Below, one piece after another: positions 1 to 11,800 of a DNA stretch of 64,000 bases. Location of the stretch: IMG/VR virus record IMGVR_UViG_3300027708_000016. The stretch is one strand, 5' to 3'. Positions within the stretch are counted from its first letter, which is position 1. Every line of letters begins with the position of its first letter. Both the position numbers and the translations under genes were made by a program. This DNA comes from a virus (lineage: Duplodnaviria > Caudoviricetes). A model generated the notes under the pieces. That model saw only the letters and a list, made by a program, of their open reading frames with translations. It had not been told where the DNA came from and did no database searches.

Positions 1-169
1 AATATGGTACGGTTGCCTGTGTTGTTGCAGTTCCAGTAGGATACCCCAAACTAGGTTCAACAGAGTCTAAACTTATAAAATTATATTGATAAGAGTTTCT
101 CTGTAAATCTGTTGCAGTTAAAGATTTTAACTGAACTAAGTTACCTATTGTTTGATGGTAGGACTGCAT
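1..169 (-). CDS. Hypothetical (probably virion) protein, truncated by the window start
   Basis: Manual translation from ATG at 169 gives MQSYHQTIGNLVQLKSLTATDLQRNSYQY..., open to position 1 and co-oriented with the structural genes upstream. Confidence 0.6.
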   Translation of the reverse strand, partial: MQSYHQTIGNLVQLKSLTATDLQRNSYQYNFISLDSVEPSLGYPTGTATTQATVPY

Positions 170-177
170 TGTTTATA

Positions 178-525
178 TTATTGTATATTAACAGATTCTA
201 ATACTGATAATGTTATGTTGACAGCAGAATTGTTATTTGATGTTATAATAAATGAATCGTTATATCCTAATACTAATTTATTTAAAACAACATTAGTTGT
301 GTCATTAGGTGGTAATTGCAAATTCTTAACAATGTCAAAAAAACTACCCGCAGTTCCAACCGAAGACAATGAAATAGTTACAGTTTGTGCCGAATTTGTT
401 AAATTTGATGCCAAAGCAGTAATAATAATTCCTGCCCTTTGGAAAGGTACTGTGTAAACAGTAGATGGTGTTGTTGTTACTGCTTGAGTTACTCTTCTAA
501 AATAATTTAAGGGTATATTTGCCAT
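178..525 (-). CDS. Small virion/tail-fibre-associated beta-sandwich protein
   Basis: 115 aa, Thr/Asn-rich (TVYTVP...ASNLTNSAQTVTISL...VLNKLVLGYNDSF); resembles small structural proteins of T4-like phages; follows a fibre gene. Confidence 0.5.
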   Translation of the reverse strand: MANIPLNYFRRVTQAVTTTPSTVYTVPFQRAGIIITALASNLTNSAQTVTISLSSVGTAGSFFDIVKNLQLPPNDTTNVVLNKLVLGYNDSFIITSNNNSAVNITLSVLESVNIQ

Positions 526-540
526 ATGTGTTTAATATAT

Positions 541-2280
541 TTACTCCAATGCAATGGTTAATGGGGTGACCAATGTTAAGATTGATTTTTTAAAAGTATC
601 TCCCTCGATAGTTCCAGTACTTTGAACAATTTCAAAGCTGGGTCCTACCTTAAAATTACCCTTTTCGTTTGAACTTGTGTAGTACACAATGCCTGGTGCA
701 TTGGAATCGAATAAGCCGTCAAATACCACCTCATTATCATTGTTAACCTGACCACCAAACGCAGGTAAAGCAGATAGAATAACCGTTCCAGTTCCCATGT
801 ATTCAAATGTATGAGAACCTGTTGCAATAATACTTCTTGCATAAAATAAAACTTGTGAACCATAATAAGCAGAAAGATCATTTGGTAAATTTGCATCTAA
901 TGTTATCTGGTATTGTGAATTACTAATTTTTGTTACTGGTTGATTTACAAAGAAGTTATTTAAATCTGTTGAATTTGTTAATGGATTAACTTGATTTATT
1001 CTTAATCCCGCAATATTAAAACATGTACCCACATAAGGAACAGTACAAATATACTGAACATCATTATTGTTGCCAACATTAACTGGTAGTGCTACTGGAT
1101 TGTTTATTATGAATTTATTATCACCTGGCGTGAATGCTCCAAATGTACCGCTTAAAATTGGAACAGTTGATTTACCTCTAGCAACTAATCCCGAAAGACC
1201 AAACGTGCAGTTTGATGTACTGATGGAGCAAGTGGCTCCATTTTCAACCAAAATTCCTTCGGTTGTGCATACAGTAAACGTACTAACAAACTGTGCATAT
1301 GCATGATTTAAAAGATGTACACCTTTACCTCCTTGGTTAACCTGTGTGAAAGAGTCGATAACCATACTTTTAATTTTCCCATCCACTAAACTACCATCAA
1401 TTCTCATTCCGCACCCTGCATCAAATGCACCATTTTGATTTGGAAAATCTGATGACGTTGCGTAAGACGTACAACCTTGTGTGTATGGACTTACGATAAT
1501 ATTTGGACGAGCAGTTGGTGGGGTGATGGTACAATCTATAAAGTTTGATTGTGCATCAGTATAAGTGTAAGAATAAGCATTATCAAATGAGCCACTAGTT
1601 ATATAACTGACATAGCCATTGTTTTTAGTATTAAGAGGAAATGCAACAGCTGCTGATGGACTTTTATGTCCTCTAAATGTTATACCCCAAATGTAACAAG
1701 CATTATTTACCCAAAATATATCCATTGTGGAATTAGCTGGTCTTATGGATACTCTTCTTAAATTGTCACCGATTACAGATGTATTAGGAGGAAGATATAA
1801 TGGGTTAGCTTCGGTGTAATCTCCTGATTTTACAAAAATTGTATATTGTTTTTTAACTGCATTTGTATCATTTGCTTGCAACTGTGCAATCTTAGCACAA
1901 GCTTTTTTAATTGTTGCATAAGGCAGATCTTCGTTTCTACCTCTGCTTGGAAAGTTTGTAGGATCATCAAAATCAGAAGCATCTGTGTTTTGGGCAACGT
2001 ACAGACAATAATTAATTGTTGTAGGATTTGTCTGTAAATAGTTTAATAAATTTGTAACAGTAATTTTACCCGTTTCTATACTGGGGTTATTTAACGTTAA
2101 AGGTAGGTATTGATTATTTGGATCATCTACCGAAGTAACATTAGGCAACAATGGAATACCCTCACTAATTAATTGTAGCGGAGCTATCTGTCTGGTTATA
2201 TCTTGTTCTATTGGAAGTCGATCAGCATTAGGATCTACTGGTATAGAAAAAGGTAAATTTTTTATTTTGATATATGACAT
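541..2280 (-). CDS. Virion structural/tail-spike protein with pectin-lyase-like beta-helix
   Basis: Motifs LPYATIKKAC, IFVKSGDYTEANPLYLPPNTSVIGDNLRRVSIRP, DSFTQVNQGG and YYTSSNEKGNFKVG are typical of T4-like phage beta-helix structural proteins; TATAAATA lies 6 nt before the ATG. Confidence 0.65.
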   Translation of the reverse strand: MSYIKIKNLPFSIPVDPNADRLPIEQDITRQIAPLQLISEGIPLLPNVTSVDDPNNQYLPLTLNNPSIETGKITVTNLLNYLQTNPTTINYCLYVAQNTDASDFDDPTNFPSRGRNEDLPYATIKKACAKIAQLQANDTNAVKKQYTIFVKSGDYTEANPLYLPPNTSVIGDNLRRVSIRPANSTMDIFWVNNACYIWGITFRGHKSPSAAVAFPLNTKNNGYVSYITSGSFDNAYSYTYTDAQSNFIDCTITPPTARPNIIVSPYTQGCTSYATSSDFPNQNGAFDAGCGMRIDGSLVDGKIKSMVIDSFTQVNQGGKGVHLLNHAYAQFVSTFTVCTTEGILVENGATCSISTSNCTFGLSGLVARGKSTVPILSGTFGAFTPGDNKFIINNPVALPVNVGNNNDVQYICTVPYVGTCFNIAGLRINQVNPLTNSTDLNNFFVNQPVTKISNSQYQITLDANLPNDLSAYYGSQVLFYARSIIATGSHTFEYMGTGTVILSALPAFGGQVNNDNEVVFDGLFDSNAPGIVYYTSSNEKGNFKVGPSFEIVQSTGTIEGDTFKKSILTLVTPLTIALE

Positions 2281-2286
2281 TTAAAA

Positions 2287-2294
2287 TATTTATA
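2287..2294 (-). promoter_or_regulatory. T4-type late promoter TATAAATA
   Basis: Minus strand CCTATAAATATTTTAA-ATG, 6 nt before the start at 2280. Confidence 0.65.
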
Positions 2295-2312
2295 GGCAAA
2301 AGTTGCAATTTT

Positions 2313-2993
2313 CTAAGATATTGTTGATGATAGCGTATTAACTGTTGCAAAAGGAATAAATGTGTTTATCTCATCTATCTCATATTCGTTGAAATTGATG
2401 CTTATCAAACCTAAATTATTGAAATCATTTCTTATTATAAATGACATATTAAATATGTTGGTATCGGAGTTATAAGTTAATTTTGGATCTTCTTTTTTAC
2501 CATTTGTATTACTCCAACCAGATGGTGATATCAAATTAAGTGTTATTGTATTATTTAAATAACTTGTTGTTTGTGAGGTTTTTATATCAAAAGAATTAAA
2601 ATAAAATGAAAATATTATATTTGATGAATTTGTACCAGCAAGTTGATTGAACCCGCAATAATATACAAGTTTTTTACTTTCACTAAACCAATAATCTATG
2701 TTAAGATAAGTGTTTGGTACAAAAGAATTAAATTGAGTAAATGGTTGAATATCAGATCCATTTACCACAATTTTTTCAAATGCATAACCACTACTAGTTT
2801 GGATAAAAAAAGAATCATAAAAGGTATCAAACTTAATTATGTTATTTGAATTTAAATCATAAAAGAATTTTTTATTAGTATTCTTATATTTTATGAATAC
2901 AGAGGATAATGCCAAATTAGCAGGAAGAACGGTGTTGGTTATATTTCTTAACCATAAATTACCTGCTGAATGACTTTGATTATATGTATTCAT
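2313..2993 (-). CDS. Hypothetical protein, probably virion-associated
   Basis: 226 aa ORF within the structural gene run; no recognisable motif. Confidence 0.6.
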   Translation of the reverse strand: MNTYNQSHSAGNLWLRNITNTVLPANLALSSVFIKYKNTNKKFFYDLNSNNIIKFDTFYDSFFIQTSSGYAFEKIVVNGSDIQPFTQFNSFVPNTYLNIDYWFSESKKLVYYCGFNQLAGTNSSNIIFSFYFNSFDIKTSQTTSYLNNTITLNLISPSGWSNTNGKKEDPKLTYNSDTNIFNMSFIIRNDFNNLGLISINFNEYEIDEINTFIPFATVNTLSSTIS

Positions 2994-2994
2994 A

Positions 2995-3630
2995 TTATGG
3001 ATATGTTTGTGTTATATATGTACCAGAATCAGGGTTAACTGGATTTGGTTGAAAATCAATATTTTTGATATCAAGGTTTGTGTTATTGAATTTATTTGCA
3101 AATGGAGAAACAAGATTATAAGGTCTACTTAATTGACTTGCTGTGATTTGTTGTTTTGGTATTGGTTTCCATTTTACCAATGACATTAAAATATTGTTAG
3201 GATTTTGTGTTTCAAACGTATACAAAATTTGATTATCTGCTCCAAACATTCTTGTCTTTATTAGGTGAACTTCATTAAATAATTTATTAATACCTTGATC
3301 TAAAGAAGGGTTTTGTAAATTTAAATTTATAGTAAAACTAGATGGTTTACTTTCTCCAAATAAATATATATTAATTGTTATTATGTAAACTGAAAGCTTT
3401 GAATTTTTTGAAACAAAATTTTTTGTTTTTGGATAATTTTTAGGATCACCATTTATGTTTGGATCTGGTTTAAATGTTTGAGAGTCCATCGAACCATCAC
3501 CCCAAATATAATCAATTTGTCTTATTTTTTTATTTAAAGACAAATTTAAAGGATTAATTGTTAATGTATAAGGAGCAAAAGAATTAATTGTTTGATTTGC
3601 AATCGATACAGATGAACTATAAGGAGACAT
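2995..3630 (-). CDS. Hypothetical protein with PKD-like motif
   Basis: IDYIWGDGS resembles the PKD-domain WDFGDG signature. Confidence 0.5.
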   Translation of the reverse strand: MSPYSSSVSIANQTINSFAPYTLTINPLNLSLNKKIRQIDYIWGDGSMDSQTFKPDPNINGDPKNYPKTKNFVSKNSKLSVYIITINIYLFGESKPSSFTINLNLQNPSLDQGINKLFNEVHLIKTRMFGADNQILYTFETQNPNNILMSLVKWKPIPKQQITASQLSRPYNLVSPFANKFNNTNLDIKNIDFQPNPVNPDSGTYITQTYP

Positions 3631-3651
3631 TATAATATAATTATCCTATTT

Positions 3652-6600
3652 TTAGATGTTATAAATGCGGGTTGGAAGATAATAATAACCATTAGTGTTA
3701 CCAAGACCCAATTCTCCGTTTGCATTAGTTCCACAACCATAAACCTTTCCACTCTGGGTTATAATTACTAATGTATATTGATATTTATAACCTCTGCCAT
3801 TATATGATATCCTTGCGGCTTTTTCATTATAAGGTAATCTAACCTTTGTAAACGATGTAACATTAGCAACCGTACTTGATTGCGCACCTGCGCCTTGGTT
3901 GTCTGTATTATCACCAGCTGTCCAAACCGATCCGTCACTTAATAATAGTGCAGATGAAGAACCACACATAATTATTTCAACAACTGTACAATCGTTTAAT
4001 GGATTACCTGTCGTATAACCTTCCGTAACAGTAAAAATAACCGAAGATGGTGAAAATTGACCAGTTGTAGATGATGTACCATTACTTAGTTGACCTTGAT
4101 CATTATACCCCCAACTATATAATTTATTACCTGAAGTATAGGCTATAGCTGATCCCTTTAATCCCGCTGAATAACTTGCTTGAAATAATGTTACTGGATT
4201 TGTGTCTGGAATTGTTATTTTTGATGCATAATTAAGGCTTTTTACAGTAGTACCCAATCCTAATTCGCCAGATGCTCCGTTTCCACTTGCCCAAAGACTT
4301 CCATCATTCAGTAGGAAGTATGTTGTTGCCAGTGGTGAACCGCCAAGATTTCCGTTATCAGCGACATATATTCTATTTATACCATATAACATTTTGTCAT
4401 ATAATCCTGATAATACTGGAGCAAATGTTGCTTGAGTGGTGCCACCAATTGTAATGCCGTTTGCTAATGCACCATTGCCGTTCCACCCTGCTCCATATGC
4501 TGTACCATCATTTTTTAAAACAAAACTTATAATACTACCTGCATATACATCTTTAAACATTAATGAAGGAGTTGTTACGGTTCCAGAATTTGCTTTATAA
4601 TTGAATGCTGGATATGCTGATATTGCTTTTGTGCTACCTGCACAATATTGTGGAGTATAATTTACAGCGGAAGGTGAATACACCACACTTAAATTATTAA
4701 GTCCACACTGTCCATTTGTATTAAATCCCCATGTGTATATTGTTCCATCAGTTGCTAAAGCAATACAATGAATTTTTTCGGAACTTGCATTTGTAGTTAC
4801 ATCAGTTGGTAATGGAGTAGATGCAAATTTTATAATTTGAGTACTAAGATTAGTTGTAAATGTTATTTTATCAAGTTTACTAGAATAAGTTAAAGAATCA
4901 AAAGCTTTACCCAATCCAAGTTGATTTACTGAATTAGATCCAGCTGCATGTAAATTTCCTAAACTATCTAAAACATATGTGTTGTAGGAACTTCTCCACA
5001 TTTCAACAGGTCTATATGACGGTAATGATAAACTACATGTTGTGGGGGTAAGATAATTAATTGCAGTAGCGATTGAATATCCGTTTGGTACACTTCCTAA
5101 AGTACCATATCCCGACATGTATAAACTTCCATCATCATATAAAATTCCAATATTATTAACGGATTCACGAGCTTTTGCGCTAAATGTTGCTCTGATATCT
5201 GCCATTCCGTAAGCATTATAACCAATATCTAAAACACCATTATTGTACACATAAACTCTTGGATGAGTAGTATAACCAAATCCTGCATCGGTTATTTTAA
5301 TTGATAAAAGGTTACCCGAACCATCTACAACAGGAATTGCAGTTGCCTGACGATTATTAGAACCTAATGGATATGTTGGTGCATCAATTATAACCGTTGG
5401 ATTTATTAATGACACTGCACCTCTAGTACCAACAACAATGTTTCTAACCGAACCACTAATTACTGGTAAAGGTGGTGTAGCAAATGCTGTTACCCTGTTA
5501 ACATAGGTATAAGTTTGATTCCAATTTGAACTCAATGTTAAAACGTTAGAATAAACCGAATTCCAATTTGCACTTAATTTATTAACATTTAAATAAACCG
5601 AACTATTAGCAGGTGTATTGCCACCCCATGTACTAATAATGGTATATCCAGTATAACCTTGTTGCCAACCACTACTTAAATTTGATACTGAAGTGTAAGC
5701 AGCAACACCTTCTAGTGCTGCTTCACCTGGATTCCAGCTTTGATAATTGTCATGGACAAGTTTATTTATGTATAAATTATCGGCAGACTGTTGAGCAAAC
5801 GTTGCATACACATTATTCCAATTTGCACTTAACTTATTAACGTTTGTGTAATTGGAATTCCATGCAATACTATTTCCCCCGTTTACAATAATATTGCCAT
5901 ATGAACTAATGTTTCCATTTATTGTTAGAATATTATTACTGGTTGGTGTTAATCCCCCAATTACAACATTTCCACTGTTATCAATTATAAATGGAGATGA
6001 ATCGTTAGCTTGATCATCGACTCGGAACGAGTCGCCAGTTCCCATTTGAGTTATTCTCAGTGCTTCAAAATTAGTGTTTGCGTAAACTGATGCATTATTA
6101 GCAGATAGAATATTTGTTGAAATACTAACTTGTGAACTTAAATTGTTAACATATGTAAAATTAGCTTTTGAAGCTGTAAGATTAGAACCAAATATAAAAG
6201 TATTAGGCTGTAAATTTGTATTATTGAGAATACCACCCCCAATAAATGAATGATAACCAGATGCAATGTTTTCTCTTCCGTTTACTACAGTGGAATAAGC
6301 AGATAATGCTGAGTTAGCTCGTCCACCCAGTGTACTGGAATAATATCCATTTGCTATATTAGAATTTCCAATTGCTGTTGCATATTGACCACCTGCTAAA
6401 TTATTAGCACCTATGATATTTGAAGTATTAATGCTTGAGTTATTAGGTCCTATGGTAAGATTACCCATTGCACTTATTGAACCAATAACAGTTAAAGCAA
6501 CATTTGGTGTTGCTGTTCCGATACCCACGTTGCCACCTATAAAGGCAGCTGCATATGCACTGGTGGATGGGACAACTGCGCTTAATGCTCCTGTTAAGAC

Positions 6601-6723
6601 GAAATCGCCTCTAAAGGGGTTATCATAACTAGCAATTGGATCGTGACCTGCATCAGGATTTGATGCATTTGGATACGTGTGGTGGTTTGCTCTGTGGAAT
6701 TTTGAATGGAATCTATTTGACAT
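3652..6723 (-). CDS. Tail fibre/adhesin with beta-roll repeats, coiled-coil linker and C-terminal RCC1/BLIP-II-like propeller
   Basis: GNVGIGTATP; NxASGxYSxxxGG repeats; KLSANWNxVY repeats; RCC1-type blades such as IYTWGFNTNGQCG, LWASGNGASGELGLG, LYSWGYNDQGQLSNG and VYGCGTNANGELGLG. Confidence 0.75.
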   Translation of the reverse strand: MSNRFHSKFHRANHHTYPNASNPDAGHDPIASYDNPFRGDFVLTGALSAVVPSTSAYAAAFIGGNVGIGTATPNVALTVIGSISAMGNLTIGPNNSSINTSNIIGANNLAGGQYATAIGNSNIANGYYSSTLGGRANSALSAYSTVVNGRENIASGYHSFIGGGILNNTNLQPNTFIFGSNLTASKANFTYVNNLSSQVSISTNILSANNASVYANTNFEALRITQMGTGDSFRVDDQANDSSPFIIDNSGNVVIGGLTPTSNNILTINGNISSYGNIIVNGGNSIAWNSNYTNVNKLSANWNNVYATFAQQSADNLYINKLVHDNYQSWNPGEAALEGVAAYTSVSNLSSGWQQGYTGYTIISTWGGNTPANSSVYLNVNKLSANWNSVYSNVLTLSSNWNQTYTYVNRVTAFATPPLPVISGSVRNIVVGTRGAVSLINPTVIIDAPTYPLGSNNRQATAIPVVDGSGNLLSIKITDAGFGYTTHPRVYVYNNGVLDIGYNAYGMADIRATFSAKARESVNNIGILYDDGSLYMSGYGTLGSVPNGYSIATAINYLTPTTCSLSLPSYRPVEMWRSSYNTYVLDSLGNLHAAGSNSVNQLGLGKAFDSLTYSSKLDKITFTTNLSTQIIKFASTPLPTDVTTNASSEKIHCIALATDGTIYTWGFNTNGQCGLNNLSVVYSPSAVNYTPQYCAGSTKAISAYPAFNYKANSGTVTTPSLMFKDVYAGSIISFVLKNDGTAYGAGWNGNGALANGITIGGTTQATFAPVLSGLYDKMLYGINRIYVADNGNLGGSPLATTYFLLNDGSLWASGNGASGELGLGTTVKSLNYASKITIPDTNPVTLFQASYSAGLKGSAIAYTSGNKLYSWGYNDQGQLSNGTSSTTGQFSPSSVIFTVTEGYTTGNPLNDCTVVEIIMCGSSSALLLSDGSVWTAGDNTDNQGAGAQSSTVANVTSFTKVRLPYNEKAARISYNGRGYKYQYTLVIITQSGKVYGCGTNANGELGLGNTNGYYYLPTRIYNI

Positions 6724-6812
6724 AATCTTTTCTCAAGCCAATGGTTGTCCATAGAACCATTTCTGGTTACTATTGTTGAATTGATTACTAATATTTATCT
6801 TAAAACATTACA

Positions 6813-8867
6813 TTATGAACAACATTTTGAAATTGCTTTACCCCATGTAATATTTGGTGCATATCCAGCATTTGGAAAGTCACTGGTAAGTTCCAAATAT
6901 GTTATTGGATTAATTCCACAGGTTCTAATTACAGGTAAAGATACATTATATGAAGAAGTTGCCTTCCATGACCAACAGAACTGACCATCACAATCAGAAT
7001 TATTGTTTCGGCTATCAATGTTAACGTTTTGAACTGCTAAAAACTGGTTTAAAACTTCTAAAGAATCATATAGTTTCTTAAGTTCTTTATTAAAAACAGA
7101 TGGAATATGCAATTCATTTACACCAACGCCCAATGTCTCATTTTCGACATCATTATTGAGAACAGGAGCATTAGCAACATCTATTGGTAAAAATGAAAAA
7201 TATTGAATAGTTCCGTTTGTTGTTTGTTCCGTAGCAAGGATAAATTGAGCATTTAATGTATCTCTGAATGTTTTTATGTTTTGAGCTATTCTTATTAATG
7301 ATCGATTATAATTTAAGTCTGATGAAAATTCTTCGCTTGTTACTTTAAGTTGATCACTAGACCAATATTCATATGATAACCCACCACCTATTTTAAATAT
7401 ATCTAAAACATCTTGGAATTTTAACAAACAGGAATTTGAACTTATTAATAGTGATCGACTTACACTACTTCTAATACTATTATATATTGTTGATGATGTT
7501 TTTGGTATTTGAACATTTGTTATAAATGTATTTGAAGAAGAATACTTGTATACGTTTTGACTTGTTAATACATAAAAGAAATCTCCATTTTCATCAAAGG
7601 ATATTTTTATAGGATTAGTAGTAACTATATCCTTTATGGAAAAATTAACAAAAGGATTTGCTGCTCTATTATCATAAACATATATGTTTTTTGAAAGTGT
7701 CAATATATAAACAAGGGATGTTATGGGATGAACAGCAACACTTATTATCTGTTCTCCTTTGTAAGAATCTGAAAAATAAGTATAAATCCAATTTAAATCT
7801 TGGTTGTATTGTTTAACGCAATTGTTATTATAATCAACGACATATACGTTTTCATTTGCATAGTTAACTTCAGTAGGGGAATTAAACTTATCATGATCAT
7901 TAAGTAAACCAAATCCTCCAGTGTAAAGTTGTATGTTTATTGATGGTGAATACAAACTACTTAAATCTATATTAAATTTATAAATTTTATTTGCACCCGT
8001 ATCGGCAATAAATATATATTGACCTGTGCTGTCAATATCAAAAGACTGTGGAGCAATTAAAAGATCTTGTATGTCGTTTGCATTAGTAAAAATTGTTTCT
8101 TGGGGAATTGCAGAAGATGAAAAAGCTCTGAAACGTGTACCATCTAAAACATAAATTCCGTTTGAATTTTCTTTTGCATCCCTGATATCCGAAAAATAAG
8201 ATTTACCATCGGAAACTGCTAATTCTGGGTTGTTTATATATTCAGAATTGTATGTTTGCGTTGACCATGAAATACCAGCAGCTTTTGAATGGGATGGACT
8301 ACCCAACCATCCAAAATATTCACTGGGTGATTCAGTATTCATTGTCTGTGTATTGGATTTAAGATAATCCAAATTATCTTGTAATCTTGTGATTGCAGTA
8401 TTAAAGATATCTTCCACGCCCCATTCGTTTGGTTGAATGTAAATTTGATCCAATGTGTATGGCATCATCAAGTTTATTTCATTTATCAATCTTATATTTT
8501 CTTGATTGTAAACATCCCAACTATTTTTAACTATAAATGGAACAGGGGAAACAAAAGATTGTATTGTATTGTCTGAATATATGGCAGAATAAGATACATG
8601 ATAAGTTCCCTTGGTTTTGTAAGTTTGGTGAATTTTATCCGTTGGATTTGAATAAACCAAATTACTACCGTCTCCAAAATTTGTAACAAATTGTGTTATG
8701 TAATAATTTGATGTATAATAAACAGGTGCTTTATATTCTACATATAAATCTTTACCAGTTAAACAATAAACAGTCGATAGAAACAATTGTGGATTTAACG
8801 AAGTTGTGTAGGCATTTATAGTTGTACCAGTATTATTAATTAAACTCATAGACTTATTTGGTTCCAA
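6813..8867 (-). CDS. Virion protein with PKD-like domain and NHL-type beta-propeller
   Basis: TNFGDGS (PKD-like); APQSFDIDSTGQYIFIADTGANKIYKF and FNSPTEVNYANENVYVVDYNNNCVKQY (NHL repeats). The start may be the ATG at 8849. Confidence 0.65.
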   Translation of the reverse strand: MEPNKSMSLINNTGTTINAYTTSLNPQLFLSTVYCLTGKDLYVEYKAPVYYTSNYYITQFVTNFGDGSNLVYSNPTDKIHQTYKTKGTYHVSYSAIYSDNTIQSFVSPVPFIVKNSWDVYNQENIRLINEINLMMPYTLDQIYIQPNEWGVEDIFNTAITRLQDNLDYLKSNTQTMNTESPSEYFGWLGSPSHSKAAGISWSTQTYNSEYINNPELAVSDGKSYFSDIRDAKENSNGIYVLDGTRFRAFSSSAIPQETIFTNANDIQDLLIAPQSFDIDSTGQYIFIADTGANKIYKFNIDLSSLYSPSINIQLYTGGFGLLNDHDKFNSPTEVNYANENVYVVDYNNNCVKQYNQDLNWIYTYFSDSYKGEQIISVAVHPITSLVYILTLSKNIYVYDNRAANPFVNFSIKDIVTTNPIKISFDENGDFFYVLTSQNVYKYSSSNTFITNVQIPKTSSTIYNSIRSSVSRSLLISSNSCLLKFQDVLDIFKIGGGLSYEYWSSDQLKVTSEEFSSDLNYNRSLIRIAQNIKTFRDTLNAQFILATEQTTNGTIQYFSFLPIDVANAPVLNNDVENETLGVGVNELHIPSVFNKELKKLYDSLEVLNQFLAVQNVNIDSRNNNSDCDGQFCWSWKATSSYNVSLPVIRTCGINPITYLELTSDFPNAGYAPNITWGKAISKCCS

Positions 8868-11800
8868 TTATTTATAACACTTGGTAGTTGTGATGATATT
8901 TTTGCAAAAACTGTAGATGGTATACCCTGAAATACCTTTGGGGTTGCATAAACAAAAAAATCTTGAATTCCTAAACTTCCACTATAAAGAGGAACATAAG
9001 GATCTCCTATTTTTATTTTAAATATGGTAACTGGATTGTTGTTATTATATGCTACCCCCGAACTAAGATCTTGGCAGACTGTCCAATAAACACCTGATAA
9101 ACAATAATACACACTACCAGCCATAATATTAGTTGGTGAAGTTGGGGATGACACATTAAAATTCTGTTGGATTACAACGTTTTTAGTATCATCCAAATTA
9201 ATGGATGTATTTAAAACGCTGAAAGTAAATTCGACATCATCATATGGTAAAATCAAAGGTGAACATTGGAATGGATTTGCACTTACTGAACAAATTGAAT
9301 CATATGTTGTGAATGTATTATTAAATGAACGTTTTACAATACTATTATTTTCACCAATAGCAGATAATGCATAATAACTAGTACCCATTGATTCGGGGAA
9401 TGTTGTATCATTATAAGCAACTAATGATAATTTAAGACCATTATTCATTAATTGTATGTCATTTGGATTATATGGAATATCAGCAACAGCATAACTACTG
9501 TTTATTGTTGTTATTTCATATGTACTAAAATTTTGATATTCATAATAATTAAAATCATTTCGGTTTGAAGATAACCACAATGATATAGTATCATTAGCAG
9601 TATTGTTATAACTTGATGGGTAATTGGTTAATGTATAATTTAAATAAGTTTTGCTGTCGGTAGCATCCACTGATGTTAAAAGATAAGCAAATCCATTATT
9701 GAACCCAACTTGAGGATATGTTAAAAATTCAATGGGATTTTCAAAAATAACAGAACTTAAAAAGTAAACATATGTTGATGCTTTGAAATCATGAGCACTC
9801 GTCCAGCCTGGTGCCACTACTGATGTCAACTGCATTGTAACTAATGCAGATAATAGATTACTATCGTTTGTTGGTAAGGAACTGGTATAAAAATTGAAAT
9901 ATAGATTAGGAGATCCATCTTCAATATTGATATATGGTATTCCTTGAGAACTGTCCTTATTATTAACAAGTTGACCATTAATATACCAATTTATATTAGC
10001 ATAATAATTTTGATTTTTTGTTAAAGGTGTAAACTGAAAAATTGAATAATTAAGTTCTGATCTTGTGATTGTATTTTGACCAATATTAGTATTTGATAAT
10101 ATTTTATTATCTGAATCTATATCATATGTAGATATAAAATCCGCATTTATAATATTAGAATCTGGTAAATCATCTACCGAAAAATTATATGATCCAGATA
10201 AGCATGGATAAATAATATCTGTATAGGCATTCACATAAATTTTATGTAACTCAGGATATGTGTTATTACTGTAAGGTGCTACTAAAATTTTAATTGTGCT
10301 TATTTCTTGAAAGGTTGATTGTGTTCCAAATTTATAACTAGAAATTATATTTCCATTTGAATCGATTTTATATGCACTGATTGGTTGATTTGTTGGATCA
10401 GTTTGTGCATCATAACTCCATGTCCAATACATTGGTACGCTTCCGTAATCTGGTGATAAATTATAAAGTTTACCATTAAAAGGAATATATGTTGATAATT
10501 CTATTTCTCTTGGTGATTGTAAATTATATAAAGGTGAACTAGGTGCTACACCAAGCTGCCCCGTTGAAAAATAATTAAATAAGCTAGGGTCAGTTATAAT
10601 ACTAGATGGTTTGATTTCTAAATTAGCAGAAAGATAGACTGTTATAGTGTCAGGACCAAACCCCGAAACATTTATAAGCCAAGTATTAGCATTAAATGCA
10701 TATTGTGAATTTGGTTCTATTGGTTGTAAAATATTGCCATTTTGATCAACACCATTAAAGTATAAATCGTTTCTAATGTTACCTTGTGAATCTTTCGCAT
10801 ACCATATTATATTTGAATATGTTAAATCAACATAGGGCCACCCATCAAGAGAATTATTTGTACTTGCATCTATTGTTATTGAATTGCTGGTTTCATTAAA
10901 AATATCTAATTCAATACTCCAAGGATTAACTGGCTTCAAATATTTACCAAGTGTTATATTTGTTGCATTGAACGCATCGAGTTGACCTGCTACACTTGAT
11001 GATAGACTTGCACGTATTGTAAAATTAAGCTCACCTAAATCAAGATTAGGATAATTTATCAAAAGATCTTTACCAGAAATTACTGGTATCCAAGGACTTT
11101 TTACTATATCATAAAATTTACCAGTAAGAGATTGCGATAAATTTTCACCATAACTAAAATTAACATAAGGTAGATATTGTGAGGATATATTTGTTTTAAA
11201 TCTTATGTAATCATTTGGACAAGTTGAGTAAAGATCGTAAGATAAACAATTATAATCAGAAGTTATGTAACTTGATAGTTTAACATAATTACTATTTAAT
11301 TGATTTGTTGTTGGATCAACAATTTTAGAATAAAGATAAAAATTTAATGAATTACTATCAACTATAGCAGAATTTGAATCTCTTAATGTTGTTTTATATG
11401 AATAATAATGGGGTGGATATTTTGTTTCATAAATTTTAGGTTGATCTATTATGTCTGTAAGTTTATATGGGACATTTAAATTCCATGTTGTTGTTGGGTT
11501 TACAGTGCCAAAAATTAATTCTTTTGTTTTTCTAATGTAAGGAGAATCTGCAATATAGCTAACACCTATAAATGAACCTACTAATCCTTTTGCATAATAA
11601 GGAGAACCAGTATAATTGTTAAAATATGCAAAATTACAATTATTTGTAGATAATGTTACATACATTACACAATTTTTAGGACTATGTAATGCAGAAGCGG
11701 GATCTATTGTTGTTTGTATTAATTGAAAATTTGGATTGTTAAACTTATTCGTAGTAGCATTTGGATAATATATAATATAACTAGAATTAAACAATGGAAC

